Origin: Octopus vulgaris
Taxonomy: Eukaryota
DNA: 64,000 nucleotides
Assembly: GCA_951406725.2 (NCBI GenBank)
Contig: OX597815.1
Location: forward strand, 157,728,001 to 157,792,000
Direction of reading: 5' to 3'
Of this stretch, positions 26,335 through 39,063 are shown piece after piece; within the stretch, counting starts at the first letter, position 1, and the number at the start of each line of letters is the position of its first letter. Under the pieces are notes generated by a model that made no database searches, was not told the origin of the DNA, and saw only the letters and a list, made by a program, of their open reading frames with translations. The position numbers and the translations under genes were made by a program.

Positions 26335-27317
26335 GACGATACGAAAGTCTCGCAGAAAATACAGAACCCTAGCGATGTTGCACACCTGCAGCAGGAGTTG
26401 GACTCAATCTACAGATGGGCTGAGGATAATAATATGCAGTTTAATGCTGAAAAATTCCAGGCCCTGCGCTACCAGCATCCAAAACTGAATATTAAACTTA
26501 CAGGATACACCGGTCCACAGGGAATTTCAATCCCAGAGCCTAACTCTGTGAGGGACCTGGGTATCGACATGAGTGATGATACCTCTTTCCAAGTGCACAT
26601 TACCAGGATGGCGACAAAGTGCAGACGACTGGCTGGGTGGATCCTAAAAACATTCAGAACCAGAGATAAGGAAACCATGATGGTCCTCTGCCGGACATTC
26701 GTCCTCAGTCGCCTGGATTACTGCTCACAGCTATGGTCACCCACCAGTGTAAAATTAACAGCGGACCTTGAAGCAATCCAGAGAAGATACACAAAGAAGA
26801 TCGTCTCTTTGCAACAGCTCAGCTACTGGGAAAGGTTGAAACAGCTAAGACTCTACTCCCTGGAGAGAAGACGGGAGAGGTATACAGTAATATATGTCTG
26901 GAAGATCCTGGAAGGAATTGTGCCAAATTTTGGCATTGTAAGCTACACCAATGCTAGAACGGGACGACACTGAATAGTGCCAAAGATCCCAGCAATGTCA
27001 TCATGCTTCAGGACCAGCTTCTGCAACAACCTGGGTTTCAAGGGCCCACAGTTTTTTAATATTCTCCCAAAGAGTCTGAGGAACTTGCACAAAGTAGATG
27101 TAGCGGTTTTTAAAAGCTGGACACCTTCCTGTCAAGAGTCCCAGATGAACCTACCTCACGGCAAGAGGTGCAAATGAGAGTAGCTGTATCAAACTCCATT
27201 CTTCACCAAGTGCCACATATTAGACGAGGTTCGTCGTAATAACAGTGTAGCACAAAACGGCGGTGCATCAGCATGGCCGCAGCTCTGAGCTGAAACTAGA
27301 AAAAAAAAAAAAAAAAA
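26329..27317 (+). mobile_element. CR1-clade LINE, 5'-truncated at YADD, with 3' UTR and poly(A)
   Basis: YADDTKV..LQQELDSIYRWAEDNNMQFNAEKF..VRDLGI..SRLDYCSQLWSP..LEAIQRRYTK..LYSLERRRER; poly(A) 27300-27317. Confidence 0.93.
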
Positions 27318-27483
27318 TATATATGAAAATAGTAATGCAATACGAGAGTTTTGCTCTCCAGTAAAGGATAGCCCGTAAGGGTAAAATTATACATATAAAA
27401 GTAAATAAATGGTACAACGAAGTAAATATCGGTACTTTGTTGTACCATTTATTTACTTTTATATGTATATATATATATATATA

Positions 27484-27856
27484 CTAGCAGTATCGCCCGG
27501 CGTTGCTCAGGTTTGTAAGGGAAATAACTATAAAGCATTTTTAGAGAGTTATAGCCAAAAAATAGCAAAAAAATGGAAAAAAATTATGTAAATTTTTTTT
27601 TAGTTAAAAATGGTGGAGTTGCGTCCCCTAGACAGTTTGCGGTTTGTGTTTCTGATTCTCGACCCCATGTCGAATTTATCAATTTTTTCAGAACTGGGGG
27701 AACTTTTCAAAATTTTCGCTGCGTTAGTTTTGAATTATGACATTGGGCTATGTGTGTGTCAAGTTTCATCAGATTCGGTTGAAAGCCGTGGTCAGGGTGA
27801 GGGTACAAGCAAACAGACACACAGAAAACGCACAGACAAACTGCCGTTTATATAGA
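27484..27856 (-). mobile_element. Non-autonomous Helitron (shares ~70-bp 3' end with 9816-10321, different interior)
   Basis: CTAG terminus and hairpin at 27484-27512; TC start at 27856 on the minus strand; in (TA)n. Confidence 0.78.
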
Positions 27857-27879
27857 TATATATATATATATATATATAT

Positions 27880-28060
27880 ATGTTTGTGTGTCTTTGTGCT
27901 TGAGTTTACGTCCCCGTAACCTAGCGGTTCGGCAAAAGAGGCCGATCGAATATGTACTAGGTTTACAAAGAATAAGTCTTGGGGTCAATTTGTTCGACTA
28001 AAAGGCGGTGCTCCAGTATGGCCGCCGTCAAATGACTGAAACAAATATAGAATAAAAGAA
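27880..28060 (+). mobile_element. SINE B 3' half
   Basis: GTTTACGTCCCCGTAACCTAGCGGTTCGGC..GGCGGTGCTCCAGTATGGCCGCCGTCAAATGACTGAAAC. Confidence 0.85.
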
Positions 28061-28388
28061 TATATATATATACATATATATATATTTTTAAAAAGATATT
28101 TTTTAAATATTTGCGTATTTTTAAGTAAAGTTCATATACTTGTGTGTTTTAGTGCTGTATTATCTGTGACTTTATATTGATTTATTAATGTCCTATGAAA
28201 GTGCACACATGTATATTGAATATTCTATTGGGTAATAGTTTTCCGTTCGTATTGCCTCCATTGAAATCATAAATTGGAACTTAGCTCAATTAGAGCACTT
28301 AAATTCTAGCCTGTTTCTGAGCATTGTTAAGTTAACAATCTCTACTTAAAATTGTATAATTTATACATGTATATATAAATACATATAT

Positions 28389-28762
28389 GCAAGGACAATT
28401 CCAGTGACACAAAAGTTGCATTGCTTTATCCCAAACTCACCTTTAGAAATTAAGGTAAAATGATTTCTACTGATGCTATTCAATTTGAGGATATTAAAGG
28501 GTTTATAGCGGCAATTGATGATAGTGACTGGTGATTAGTCCGAGTTCTAGAAACACACCCAGAAACTATGCAAGTAAAACTCACCTTTCTTCAACCTAAA
28601 GAACCTTTATCATCATTTCAATATCCTAGAAAGTCAAATGCTTTAACAGTGGATTAATTAGACATCCTTTGTAAATATGCTTCAGGAAGAACATATATTT
28701 TCACAGAAAAAGAAATGAAAAATACATCACAATTATCAATGTTAAGAAAACTGTCGCATTAA
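28389..28762 (+). pseudogene. Decayed C-terminal fragment of a DNA-transposase-like protein (Sola2-like, recalled from memory)
   Basis: ARTIPVTQKLHCFIP, frameshift, then IKGFIAAIDDSDW*LVRVLETHPETMQVKLTFLQPKEPLSSFQYPRKSNALTVD*LDILCKYASGRTYIFTEKE; not in the ORF track. Confidence 0.5.
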
Positions 28763-29265
28763 ATTTCGAAGATTTCAGAATTTCATTGAACAATTACCGA
28801 ATCATTTAAAGCAATGCAAGAGGTGGGGGAGGTTGGGGCATGTGGCTTCATCTAAGTTATCAGGAGTGCAAACAATTTGTCTGATGATACTAAGTATTGG
28901 CAGTGGCATTACCACCATTGACCACAGAAGAGCTTAAAGTAGTTACAGTTAAAGTAGATATTAATATTGAAATAATAAAAATGCGTATTTTAATTATCAG
29001 GTCTTTGTTTCCTCCTTGATGCTCAAATTTATGGGAAGGTATAAACAAACGAAGAAGACAGGTGGTGTAGACAACAAACAGATGTATTAGTATAACGCTC
29101 GGGAAATACATATATATGTATATACACATATATATATATACATGTATAAGAATGTATATATATATATATATAGTAAGGAAAAATTTTTTTAAAAATGCAG
29201 AATGCTCAAATGAAATAAAATTTTAATAAAATGAGAAAATGATAAAATATATAAATATATATATT

Positions 29266-29306
29266 TATTCAACCGGTTTTCGTCAATGTATGACTTGTCA
29301 AGAATA
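29266..29306 (-). ncRNA. Minimal hammerhead, U3-A8 variant, within a degenerate fold-back (~29185-29690)
   Basis: Minus: TATTC-TTGACAA-GTCA TACAT TGAC-GAAA-(A)CCGG-TT-GAATA. Confidence 0.6.
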
Positions 29307-29724
29307 TTTATGTTTTAAGAAGTTTTTTTGAAAATTAGAAAGGGGAAAAAAAGAAAATTGCAATGTTTTTTGTAAAAGAATAATGATAAAAATGTACAAA
29401 AATTAAAAAATAAGTTCTCCGATACATTGTGAGTTCGTTGTGTATCTTGAGTTTTATGGTTGTTTACCAAAAAGTTACCTTGAGGTGTTAAGATCCAAAG
29501 GGATTAAGAGCATGTGATGTGTTGTGTTGTTGAATACAGCATGTTGCAGGACAGGAAGTAGTAGTAATTGTGGTCCTGGTTCTTCAGTTCCTGTGTTGTG
29601 AGTAAGGGGAGAAAACTCTTTTGAGTTCTTCAATAAAACCCAAATTATAAAACTATCATTTTAGCTTCATTTGCATTATCTTTTTTATATATAATTGCTT
29701 GTTAACTTAACTTTCAGATTTTAA

Positions 29725-30606
<882 letters not shown>

Positions 30607-31842
30607 AAGAGAGAGAAAGAGAGGGAGAGAGAGATAGGGAGGGAGAGAGAGAGAGAAGTGCTAAACTACTATTAATACTAATACTGAACCAACGACTACT
30701 ATTATTCCTATTATTCTTTCCATGTCCATTTTCTGCATATAAGTGACGAGAATATTCCCACTCGTTAAGGACATAAAATATGCAACCGTTTGTTGTCTCA
30801 TTGCCACCTGAGGCCTATTAATAATTCACTATTAAATCATAATTATGTATCTTGTGTATGTATCTATAAGTACATATCTTGAATATATAAGTATATATCT
30901 ACAAGTATACATCTTGTGTATATAAGTATACATCTTTAAGTACATATCTTGTGTATATAACTTGTATGTATTCTATACTGATGATATATCTTCGAGAAAA
31001 TCAAGTTGCTCAATTTTACTATCGATTAGATTGGACCAGTTCTCTTCTCATCAACATCTCTTAAATTTAATGGAAAACTAATGCCAGTGCAATTTTATAT
31101 CGCTCTAAAATGTCTTGATATTATACTGATTTACTAACCTGTAGAGCTGATATAGACAAGAGTGATCCTGTTGTGTTTTTCTTTCTTTTTTGATGCCATA
31201 TTCATAATGAACACCGTTTTAAATAAGAAATATCCCGAGTGATTCACGAAGCAATGATAGTTTTTATTTATAATCTTAATCCCATAAGTAGATAGAGAGC
31301 ACAATGTTTTAGGGTCAGACCAAGATTTGTCTTGAATTTCCCTGCTATCATTTACAGATTAGACGACTGTCTCTCACGTTCTTAAGATCACACTCTCGTA
31401 AATGTCACGGCAAATAAGCATTATTATAAGACAATAGATATACCTAGCAGAGATGAAACACACATACACACAATGTAATATGATCTTTAACATTGTAGGT
31501 TTGGCATTTACCAATTAATTGTTCTAACACAGTTTTCAAACAATTATAGAGAAATTTATTGAGAATAGGTCTTCTACAGACGGACTGGCAGAATCAACGG
31601 TACCAGACAAAATGACTTGTGGTATTTATTTATAAGTCTCTACGTTTTGAAATCAAATTTATCTTCCATAATCGAAGAATAGAAAAAGCAGAATATTAGT
31701 CCATAATACTAGGTTGATTTATATTGGGCCATCCCATAAATACATAGATGTATACATACATACAGACATACATACATACATACATACACACATACACACA
31801 CACACATACATACATACATACATACATACATACATACATACA

Positions 31843-31873
<31 letters not shown>

Positions 31874-32486
31874 TGTAATGTATGATAACTTCTCACCTGT
31901 ATTGATTGAAAGGATTTTTGTTTTAAACATTTATATCAAGAATATTTATGTTTAAATTCAAAACCGATAAAACTTAGAATTTTTTGATAACGAAGTCAAA
32001 TTCTTAACGACATACCCATGCCTGCACCAGTGATTTACATCACTCTTTTCCCATTATTCCCCTAACGTGCTCGGGCAATTCTATATACTAAGAAAAAAAC
32101 CTTGTCCTATTCTGGTTGTCTTCTCTACCTACTATGCTACATGGGTCTTGGTGTACCCTGGTCAGTTGATGTCCCCATTGACCGTGTATAAATATCTATT
32201 GCATCCTAATTCGTACCTACACATACACACACACACGATGTGTTGGAGGTGTTGTAATAAATACTCTCTGCAAACCAACAGCGGGATAAAATGCTGTGTC
32301 GAAGCTGGCTTGGCGGGATTTAAACTCGGTCATTTATCAACAAAATTAATTACTGCTCAGCCCGTTATCCTCTGTACCACCCTTAGCTACATGATAACAC
32401 TGCCACAGTAAAATTGTATTATGATAACAGTAATAGTAATCTCATTATGTAGTTGGTTTGCAAGATTCCTAATGTGGAATCGTGTA

Positions 32487-32747
32487 TTGAAACAGATATT
32501 GCTATATTTCGGGACGGTCGTTTTTTTATTCCTTGCCAAATTAACAAACGCCTTGTACATTCGTTCTTCTCTTGTTTATTATTGTTCTTATTTTGTGTCC
32601 TTTGTCACTGAAGAGAACACAGGTGTGTGACGAAAGATTTCCAGACAAAGGGCATAAAATAAGACCAATAATAAGTGAAGAACGTGTGTTTATTTGACAA
32701 GAAAAAAAGTTGACCGTCCCGAAATATAACATTAGCAATTGTTTCAA
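32487..32747 (+). mobile_element. Fold-back element with hammerhead core in its loop, homologous to the PLE 3' repeat at 25925-26135
   Basis: Imperfect arms 32487-32606 / 32644-32747; core CTGAAGA (32608-32614)..GTGTGAC-GAAA-GATT-TC. Confidence 0.72.
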
Positions 32748-33230
32748 ATTTTGGCACAAAGTTAGTAATTTTAGGGAGTGAGAGTTAGTGATTTTAAGTT
32801 GGCATGTTTTTTGAAATAACTAAGAATTGAAGTTAAAAACAAAGTTTCGTATAATAACATTTCATATTTGAGAGATTTGATAAAGTTCGTTGATTAGTTA
32901 TTGATTGTGTTCATGCAATTCTTTGTTTCTCCAACGTAGCACAGCAAGCGAGCTTGCTAGTCATTGACTAATGTAAGACCGTTTTTAACGATGCACTGTA
33001 ACTTAACTACATTATATTAATTAGTTAATAAACTTGTTCAATTAGAAATTAACAATGTTCGCTATTATAACGATATTAGGTCTTCCAGATTGTAATTATC
33101 CAGCAACCCGAAAAACAGTTGCTTTTCACAAAGCGCTTGGAGCAACACTTGGCAGAAGAGATTGCCCAATTAAATATTTATTCAAATTTAGCAACGTATA
33201 AACCAAATAATAATAGAAAATATCGCTTTA

Positions 33231-34007
33231 AGGCGGCGAGCTGGCAGAAACGTTAGCACGCCGGGCGAAATGCGTAGCCGTATTTCGTCTACCGTTACGT
33301 TCTGAGTTCAAATTCCGCCGAGGTCGACTTTGCCGTTCATCCTTTCGGGGTCGATTCCAGGTTCGCACTGGGGTCGATATAATCGATTTAATCCGTTTGT
33401 CTGTCCTTGTTTGTCCTCTCTTTGTTTAGCCCCTTGTGGATAGTAAAGAAATAGGCATTTCGTCTGCTGCTACGTTCTGAGTTCAAATTCCACCGATGTC
33501 GACTTTGCCTTTCATCCTTTCGGGGTCGATTAAATAAGTTACGCACTAGGGACGATATAATCAACTTAATCCGTTTGTCTGTCCTTGTTTGTCCTCTCTT
33601 TGTTTAGCCCCTTGTGGGTAGTAAAGAAATAGAAATTGTTATTTCATCTACCGCTACGTTCTGAGTTCAAATTCCGCCGAGGTCAACTGTGCCTTTCATA
33701 CTTTCGGAGTCGATAAATTAAGTACCAGTTACGCACTGGGGTCGATATAATCGACTTACTCCGTTTGTCTGTCCTTGTTTGTTCTCTCTTTGTTTAGCCC
33801 CTTGTGGATAGTAAAGAAATAAGTATTTCGTCTGCCGCTACGTTCTGAGTTCAAAATACCGCCGAGGTCGACTTTGCCTTTCATCCTTTCGGGGTCGATT
33901 AAATAATTACCAGTTACGCACTGGGGTCGATGTAATCTACTTAATCCGTTTGTCTGTCCTTGTTTGTCCCCTCTATGTTTAGCCCCTAGTGGGCAATAAA
34001 GTAATAA
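33231..34007 (+). mobile_element. SINE A tandem tetramer with 16-bp TSD AGAAAATATCGCTTTA
   Basis: One full head, then three units each restarting at the (G)TATTTCG site after the tail; TSD at ~33214-33229 and ~34007-34022. Confidence 0.92.
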
Positions 34008-34534
34008 GAAAATATCGCTTTATAGAAAGTGATGGATCTCCGTCATTTTCGATGATGAGGATTTAGTTGCGCAGTCAACCGAATTTCCTACAAGAGGCGT
34101 TTAAGTGGCTAAGTATTCCATAAACATGTATATTTTTAGCCCAGTTCTAATGCAGAATCAACATTACGCAATGTGACAAAGTTATACCATTGAATTACAA
34201 GCACAATCCACCTGACGGACTTCAATATAGTGAGTCGATGGAAAGTGTTTTGAAACGCGTAGAAAGTTTCGTTCCTGTTCTTGAGTTGTAGACTTGATCC
34301 ACCACTCGATTTAATACTACTAGTCACTTCTTGATTGCCTTCATTGATGTTCACTTTGTTGCAACTGTTTGGATGAGGTTTCCATTGTAAGAAAGACTTG
34401 CTGATTACCTTCTGCCACGGAGTCTTAAAAAAGGACAAGAGAGTGTTGACCTTCATCCTATGACTAAATATTTTCTCTACTCAGGTTTTATGCACATGTA
34501 GCGTAGCGAACACAATAACAGCTTCTATGAATAT

Positions 34535-34807
34535 TGTTTGTTCCTTCTCGAGTCATCCCTGGCTCATAAGGCCGGTTTCCTGGTGTCCCCACCTGGACCG
34601 GACGCCGGTCCATCGCAGGTAAGCTGCAAGAGGAAAGAGTGAGAGAAAGTTCTAGCGAAAGAGTCAGCAGAAGTTCGCCATAACCTTCTGCTGGAGCCGG
34701 GTGGAGCTTAGGTGTTTCGCTCATAAACACACACATCGCCCGGTCTGAGATTCGAACCCGCGATCCCTTGACCGCTGTTCTAACCACTAGGCCACGTGCC
34801 TCCACAC
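34535..34807 (-). mobile_element. SINE C3 (family C head and body, V-domain-like segment), 11-bp TSD TCTATGAATAT
   Basis: A-box TGGCCTAGTGGTTAG, B-box GGTTCGAATCTC; CCTGCGATGGACCGGCGTCCGGTCCAGG resembles the V-SINE domain (from memory); TSD 34524-34534 and 34808-34818. Confidence 0.85.
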
Positions 34808-34992
34808 TCTATGAATATAGACCTTGAAAATATCGTAGCATTTTAGCATTAGGTTCCAAATTTAAACTAGACCGTCCATACACACAAACTCACAGTAATC
34901 CCTGAAAGCCGTTACAAGGGACAGACACTGCCCCACAAGCTCACTGCCACTACTATCAATTATCTCGCGTATTTCAAAAATGCAATTTATGC

Positions 34993-35028
<36 letters not shown>

Positions 35029-35342
35029 GTGCGTGCGTGCGTGTGTGTATGTCTGTATGCGTGTGAATGAATGTATGTATGTATGTATGTATGTATGTAT
35101 GTAGGTAGGTAGGTAGGTAGGTAGGTAGGTCGATAGGTAGGTGGGTAGGTAGGTATACAGTACATTACTAACTTTACTGTCTACGCAGAGATAAATTCAT
35201 TTGTTTACACTTGCAGACACATGTCACTTTCAAATTGTATATTATATGCATACACACCCACACATACATACATCCACAGACACGGACACACACATATATA
35301 TATATACGTACATACATGTACTGCATATATATGCGTGAGTGA

Positions 35343-35380
<38 letters not shown>

Positions 35381-35399
35381 ACAAAGTGTACGTACGCCG

Positions 35400-35436
<37 letters not shown>

Positions 35437-35439
<3 letters not shown>

Positions 35440-35733
35440 TGTGATCACGTGACCGACCAGACCATCAGATGTTGCTACACATCGCTGGTCACAATGCGCT
35501 TCACATTGTTTTAGCCTTAAATGACGCCACCCCGCTGGCTAAGCGAGCAGGCCAACAGAAGAAAGAGTGAGAGAAAGTTGTGGTGAAAGAGTACAGCAGG
35601 GATCACCACCACCCCCTGCCGGAGCCTCGTGGAGCTTTAGATGTTTTCGCTCAATAAACACTCACAACGCCCGGTCTGGGAATCGAAACCGCGATCCTAC
35701 GACGGCGAGTCCGCTGCCCTAACCACTGGGCCA
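35437..35733 (-). mobile_element. SINE C2 (family C head and body, RTE-type tail)
   Basis: Head/body nearly identical to 60363-60545; tail matches the RTE end at 30270-30335. Confidence 0.88.
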
Positions 35734-36475
35734 AATTGGGACAAGACCGCAAAACATCCGGACAACCATGTAATACAAAAAGGGACAACAAAACATCAGA
35801 TAGACGATACAAAAAAAACAAGGACGAGTCATTCGAAGCTTTCTATCCTCAGTCAAGGACCGGATCATCCTCGCAATTTCGGCTGATTAATCTTGAGATT
35901 GCTCCAATCTGGCCAGCCTCAAGGAAAAACTAAGCTAAGGGCATTAGATTCCTTGGAAGAAAGCATCGAATGTATACGAAAACAAGGACGGAAAAACAGA
36001 TGATGTTACACGAAATACAAAATACATTAAAATTAATAATAATAATAATAACAGGACATAACAACAGGCATCTTTCGACTGGGGACGAATTGAATTCAGC
36101 TGGCGTTTGCGGAAATGAAGCCTTACGGCAGAGATACAAAACTTTCACAAACACAGGAAGGAATATCGATGTAGCAGTGACCACAGTCAGACGCCCCTCC
36201 TTAATTCTTATTTGTTCATTCCACTTTTCGTTCTTTCTTTCCCCCTCTCTCATATTTCTTTGCCTGTCGTTTTTTCTCGCCCCTCCTTGGTTCTTCTGTC
36301 TATCTGCTTCTGCGGTTCTCTCTCTTCTTTTCCCTCTCCTTAATTCCTTTGTTCCTCTTTTTCTCTCTCTTCTCTTCTCACGTGACCGATAGACCAGACT
36401 GCCAGCCCTCTTTTTGCGTCTGACTGTGGTCACTGCTATATCGATATTCCTTCCTGTGTTTGGGTGGTCTTCCAC
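35734..36475. mobile_element. Probable PLE-derived segment with ~46-bp inverted repeat (36149-36194 / 36416-36461)
   Basis: AAACACAGGAAGGAATATCGATGTAGCAGTGACCACAGTCAGACGC and its reverse complement; hammerhead-like CTGAGGA-TA-GAAAGCTTC on the minus strand at ~35834-35853. Confidence 0.45.
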
Positions 36476-36479
36476 ATTT

Positions 36480-37620
36480 TTGGCGAAAGACTGCAGGAGG
36501 AAAACTAAGAACTGGAGATTCAGTTAGTGAGCAAGACCGAATGCTGGAATTTTTGGGGATTTGGGTTAGAAATAGTTGGAACTATAAGCCCAGAGTATTA
36601 TGAGAAAGTACCAGAAACAATAGAGCTGCCAACGGGTGAGAGGTTGGAGATAATACTGACAGGAAGACCACCCAAAAGTTACAAATGCTGCAAGAGAGAA
36701 CATAAAAAATGAAAGATTGTCTGGAGGAGTTATTAAGATACGCAGATATAGCTTTTATGACACATAAAGAAAAACAGACAAAAGGCAGGAAAAGAGAAAG
36801 AAAGAAGTCTCCAACAACAGCAGAGATAAAGAGGAGTAAAGGAATGGATGAGGAAATGCAACAAAGAACAGAAAATGATGAGGAACCATCAACAGAGATG
36901 CCAGAAGGAGAGGTGGAATTAAAGAGCGACGAAGAGGTTGAACGAAAATGCTTAGAGTCGCATGAGAAAGACACACAGAAAGAGGATGAGGAAGTGCTGT
37001 CAGATGAATGCAGACAAGCAAGAGTGCGAAAGCATACAGATGAAAGAACCACAGAGGAGAGATGTACTGGGACAGCATGGAAATGGAAAAAGGAAGAAAG
37101 TGCGAGGAAAACAAAAACATGAAGTAAAACAGAGTGAGATAGGTTAAAGTACGGTAAGTATATAAAATTTTGGAAAGGACTACAATTAAAAGAAAGCACA
37201 TGAACATTGTAAATTATTGTAAAAAAAACAAAAAAAACAAAACAATTAATGAATTATTGATGACCAAACAAGTATTTAAAATGTTATTTTTGTTGGAAAA
37301 AAAGGACTCATATGCACATTTATTTTAAAGGCAGGAAATGAAATGAAAGGTCACGGGTTCGCATAGCAGCGAAACCAGAGGTGGTTTTAAGGTTAATTGG
37401 AAAGTGTATTTGTAAAGTTAATTGTAAAGTTTAATTTTAAAGTGAATTGTAAGTGTAATTGTAAAGGTATTCACGGTTCGTCTCGAAGCGGGGGCGAGAT
37501 GGCCGTCTCATTTACATCATAATTATATCCATTTCATTATCATTTTCCATTCGTTTTTATGTCCCTGCATGTTTTTGTATGTCCCCTCTGTATGCAGGCC
37601 TTGGGCCTATAATAAAGAGA
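36480..37620 (+). mobile_element. L1/Tx1-like element with ORF1 only (zinc knuckle + acidic tail), no RT
   Basis: VPETIELPTGERLEIILTGRPPK(S)YKCCKREHK/MKDC = decayed Cx2Cx4Hx4C across a 1-nt frameshift (36527-37122); 3' UTR with AATTGTAAAGT repeats; ends AATAAAGAGA. Confidence 0.62.
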
Positions 37621-37633
37621 AAACGGTGATTGT

Positions 37634-37678
37634 CACACGCTGATGACAGATGAATACCTAGAAACTCGAGTCCGTGTG
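37634..37678 (+). ncRNA. Type I hammerhead ribozyme motif
   Basis: CACACG-CTGATGA-CAGATGAATACCTA-GAAA-CTCGAG-TC-CGTGTG: perfect 6-bp stem I, palindromic stem III, GUC site, weakened stem II. Confidence 0.78.
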
Positions 37679-37860
37679 TATCATAGGTTGAAGACGGGAA
37701 GGATGGCCTCCCTTTGCAAATACTGATAGGGCACAAAAAATGTGTCAACAGCCAACTGGAGGCGGTGTCCTCCTGGGGCTACAAACTACAGTAGCATCCA
37801 CCCTTAGGGGTTAGCCACATTTAAGTGGCAAATATACTTGACAATATATATATATATATA

Positions 37861-38244
37861 TTGGTAAAAACGGTAAGATAACAAAAGAAAGAAAGAGACC
37901 TCAATATTATGTAAATAGAGGAATCTATCTGTAAATGTAATATGTGACAATTATTCGGTAGCCAAGATAAAACTCCGAGTTTCGGAGGCCGAGGTGGAAA
38001 TCCACACTACACCATCTCTTCAGTTATCCGGCCATCGGAAAAAGGCTATGAAAAATGACCGTTATACAAAGGGAAATTACTGTGTTATTGACCGCTATTT
38101 AGACAAAAGCGCTATTCGAATGACCGCTAATTAAGGTAAGGGGGTAAAAAGTTCATAGAGATGGTAGTGTGGATTTCCACCTCGGCATCCGAAACTCGGA
38201 GTTTTATCTTGGCTACCGAATAATTGTCGCATATTACATTTACA

Positions 38245-38246
<2 letters not shown>
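37861..38246 (-). mobile_element. Fold-back element (arms 37928-38019 / 38157-38246) with hammerhead on the minus strand (37961-38032)
   Basis: Minus: GCCGGATAA-CTGAAGA-GATGG...CCTCC-GAAA-CTCGGAG-TT-TTATCTTGGC; flanked by (TA)n. Confidence 0.78.
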
Positions 38247-38295
<49 letters not shown>

Positions 38296-38324
38296 ATATA
38301 TATATGTATATATATATGTATATA

Positions 38325-38383
<59 letters not shown>

Positions 38384-38390
<7 letters not shown>

Positions 38391-38880
38391 TAAATGAAAA
38401 GAATGGAGTCGAACGAAGATTTTAACAAAATTCCTTTACTTTCGACATATGTTTCGAAGACTGCATACTCTTAATTCCGAAGGAATGAAGGTTGCATTAT
38501 GCTGTCTTCTCATCAGGAAATACAAGGAACCTCTATCAGCCTCAAGACGAACAAAAGCTTCTTACCGTCTGCCTACATGGTTTCCATAGTGGAAACCATG
38601 TAGGCAGACGGTAAGAAGACAGCATAATGCAACCTTCATTCCTTCGGAATTAAGAGTATGCAGTCTTCGAAACATATGTCGAAAGTAAAGGAATTTTGTT
38701 AAAATCTTCGTTCGACTCCATTCTTTTCATTTATTCATATAAAAAAAACAGACAAATTTCCACACACGAACACGGGGTTCGGCCCTTGGCATGTAACTTC
38801 AACCGTGTTTTACTGACGTGAATTTGCTACCCAGGTATCGATTAACCGAATTATCCATACTAGGATAATTCATTCATCTA
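38384..38880 (-). mobile_element. Fold-back element (arms 38384-38510 / 38614-38740, inner hairpin 38558-38618) with intact hammerhead on the minus strand (38432-38528)
   Basis: Minus: TTTC-CTGATGA-GAAGAC...GTCTTC-GAAA-CATATG-TC-GAAA; arms appear identical; flanked by (TA)n. Confidence 0.88.
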
Positions 38881-38975
<95 letters not shown>

Positions 38976-39063
38976 TGTATGTATGTATGTATGTATGTAT
39001 GTATGTATGTATGTATGTATGTATGTATGTATGTATGTATGCATGTATGTATGTTTTATGTAT

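Noticed and set aside
31722-31740. Isolated Tc1/mariner ITR-like ends (also ~26232-26246 and ~32990-33000)
   Set aside because: No partner ITR or transposase nearby; too short to call
33231-34007. Repeat arrays as CRISPR or satellite
   Set aside because: Units are ~190-bp SINE bodies with no unique spacers and no cas genes; eukaryotic context
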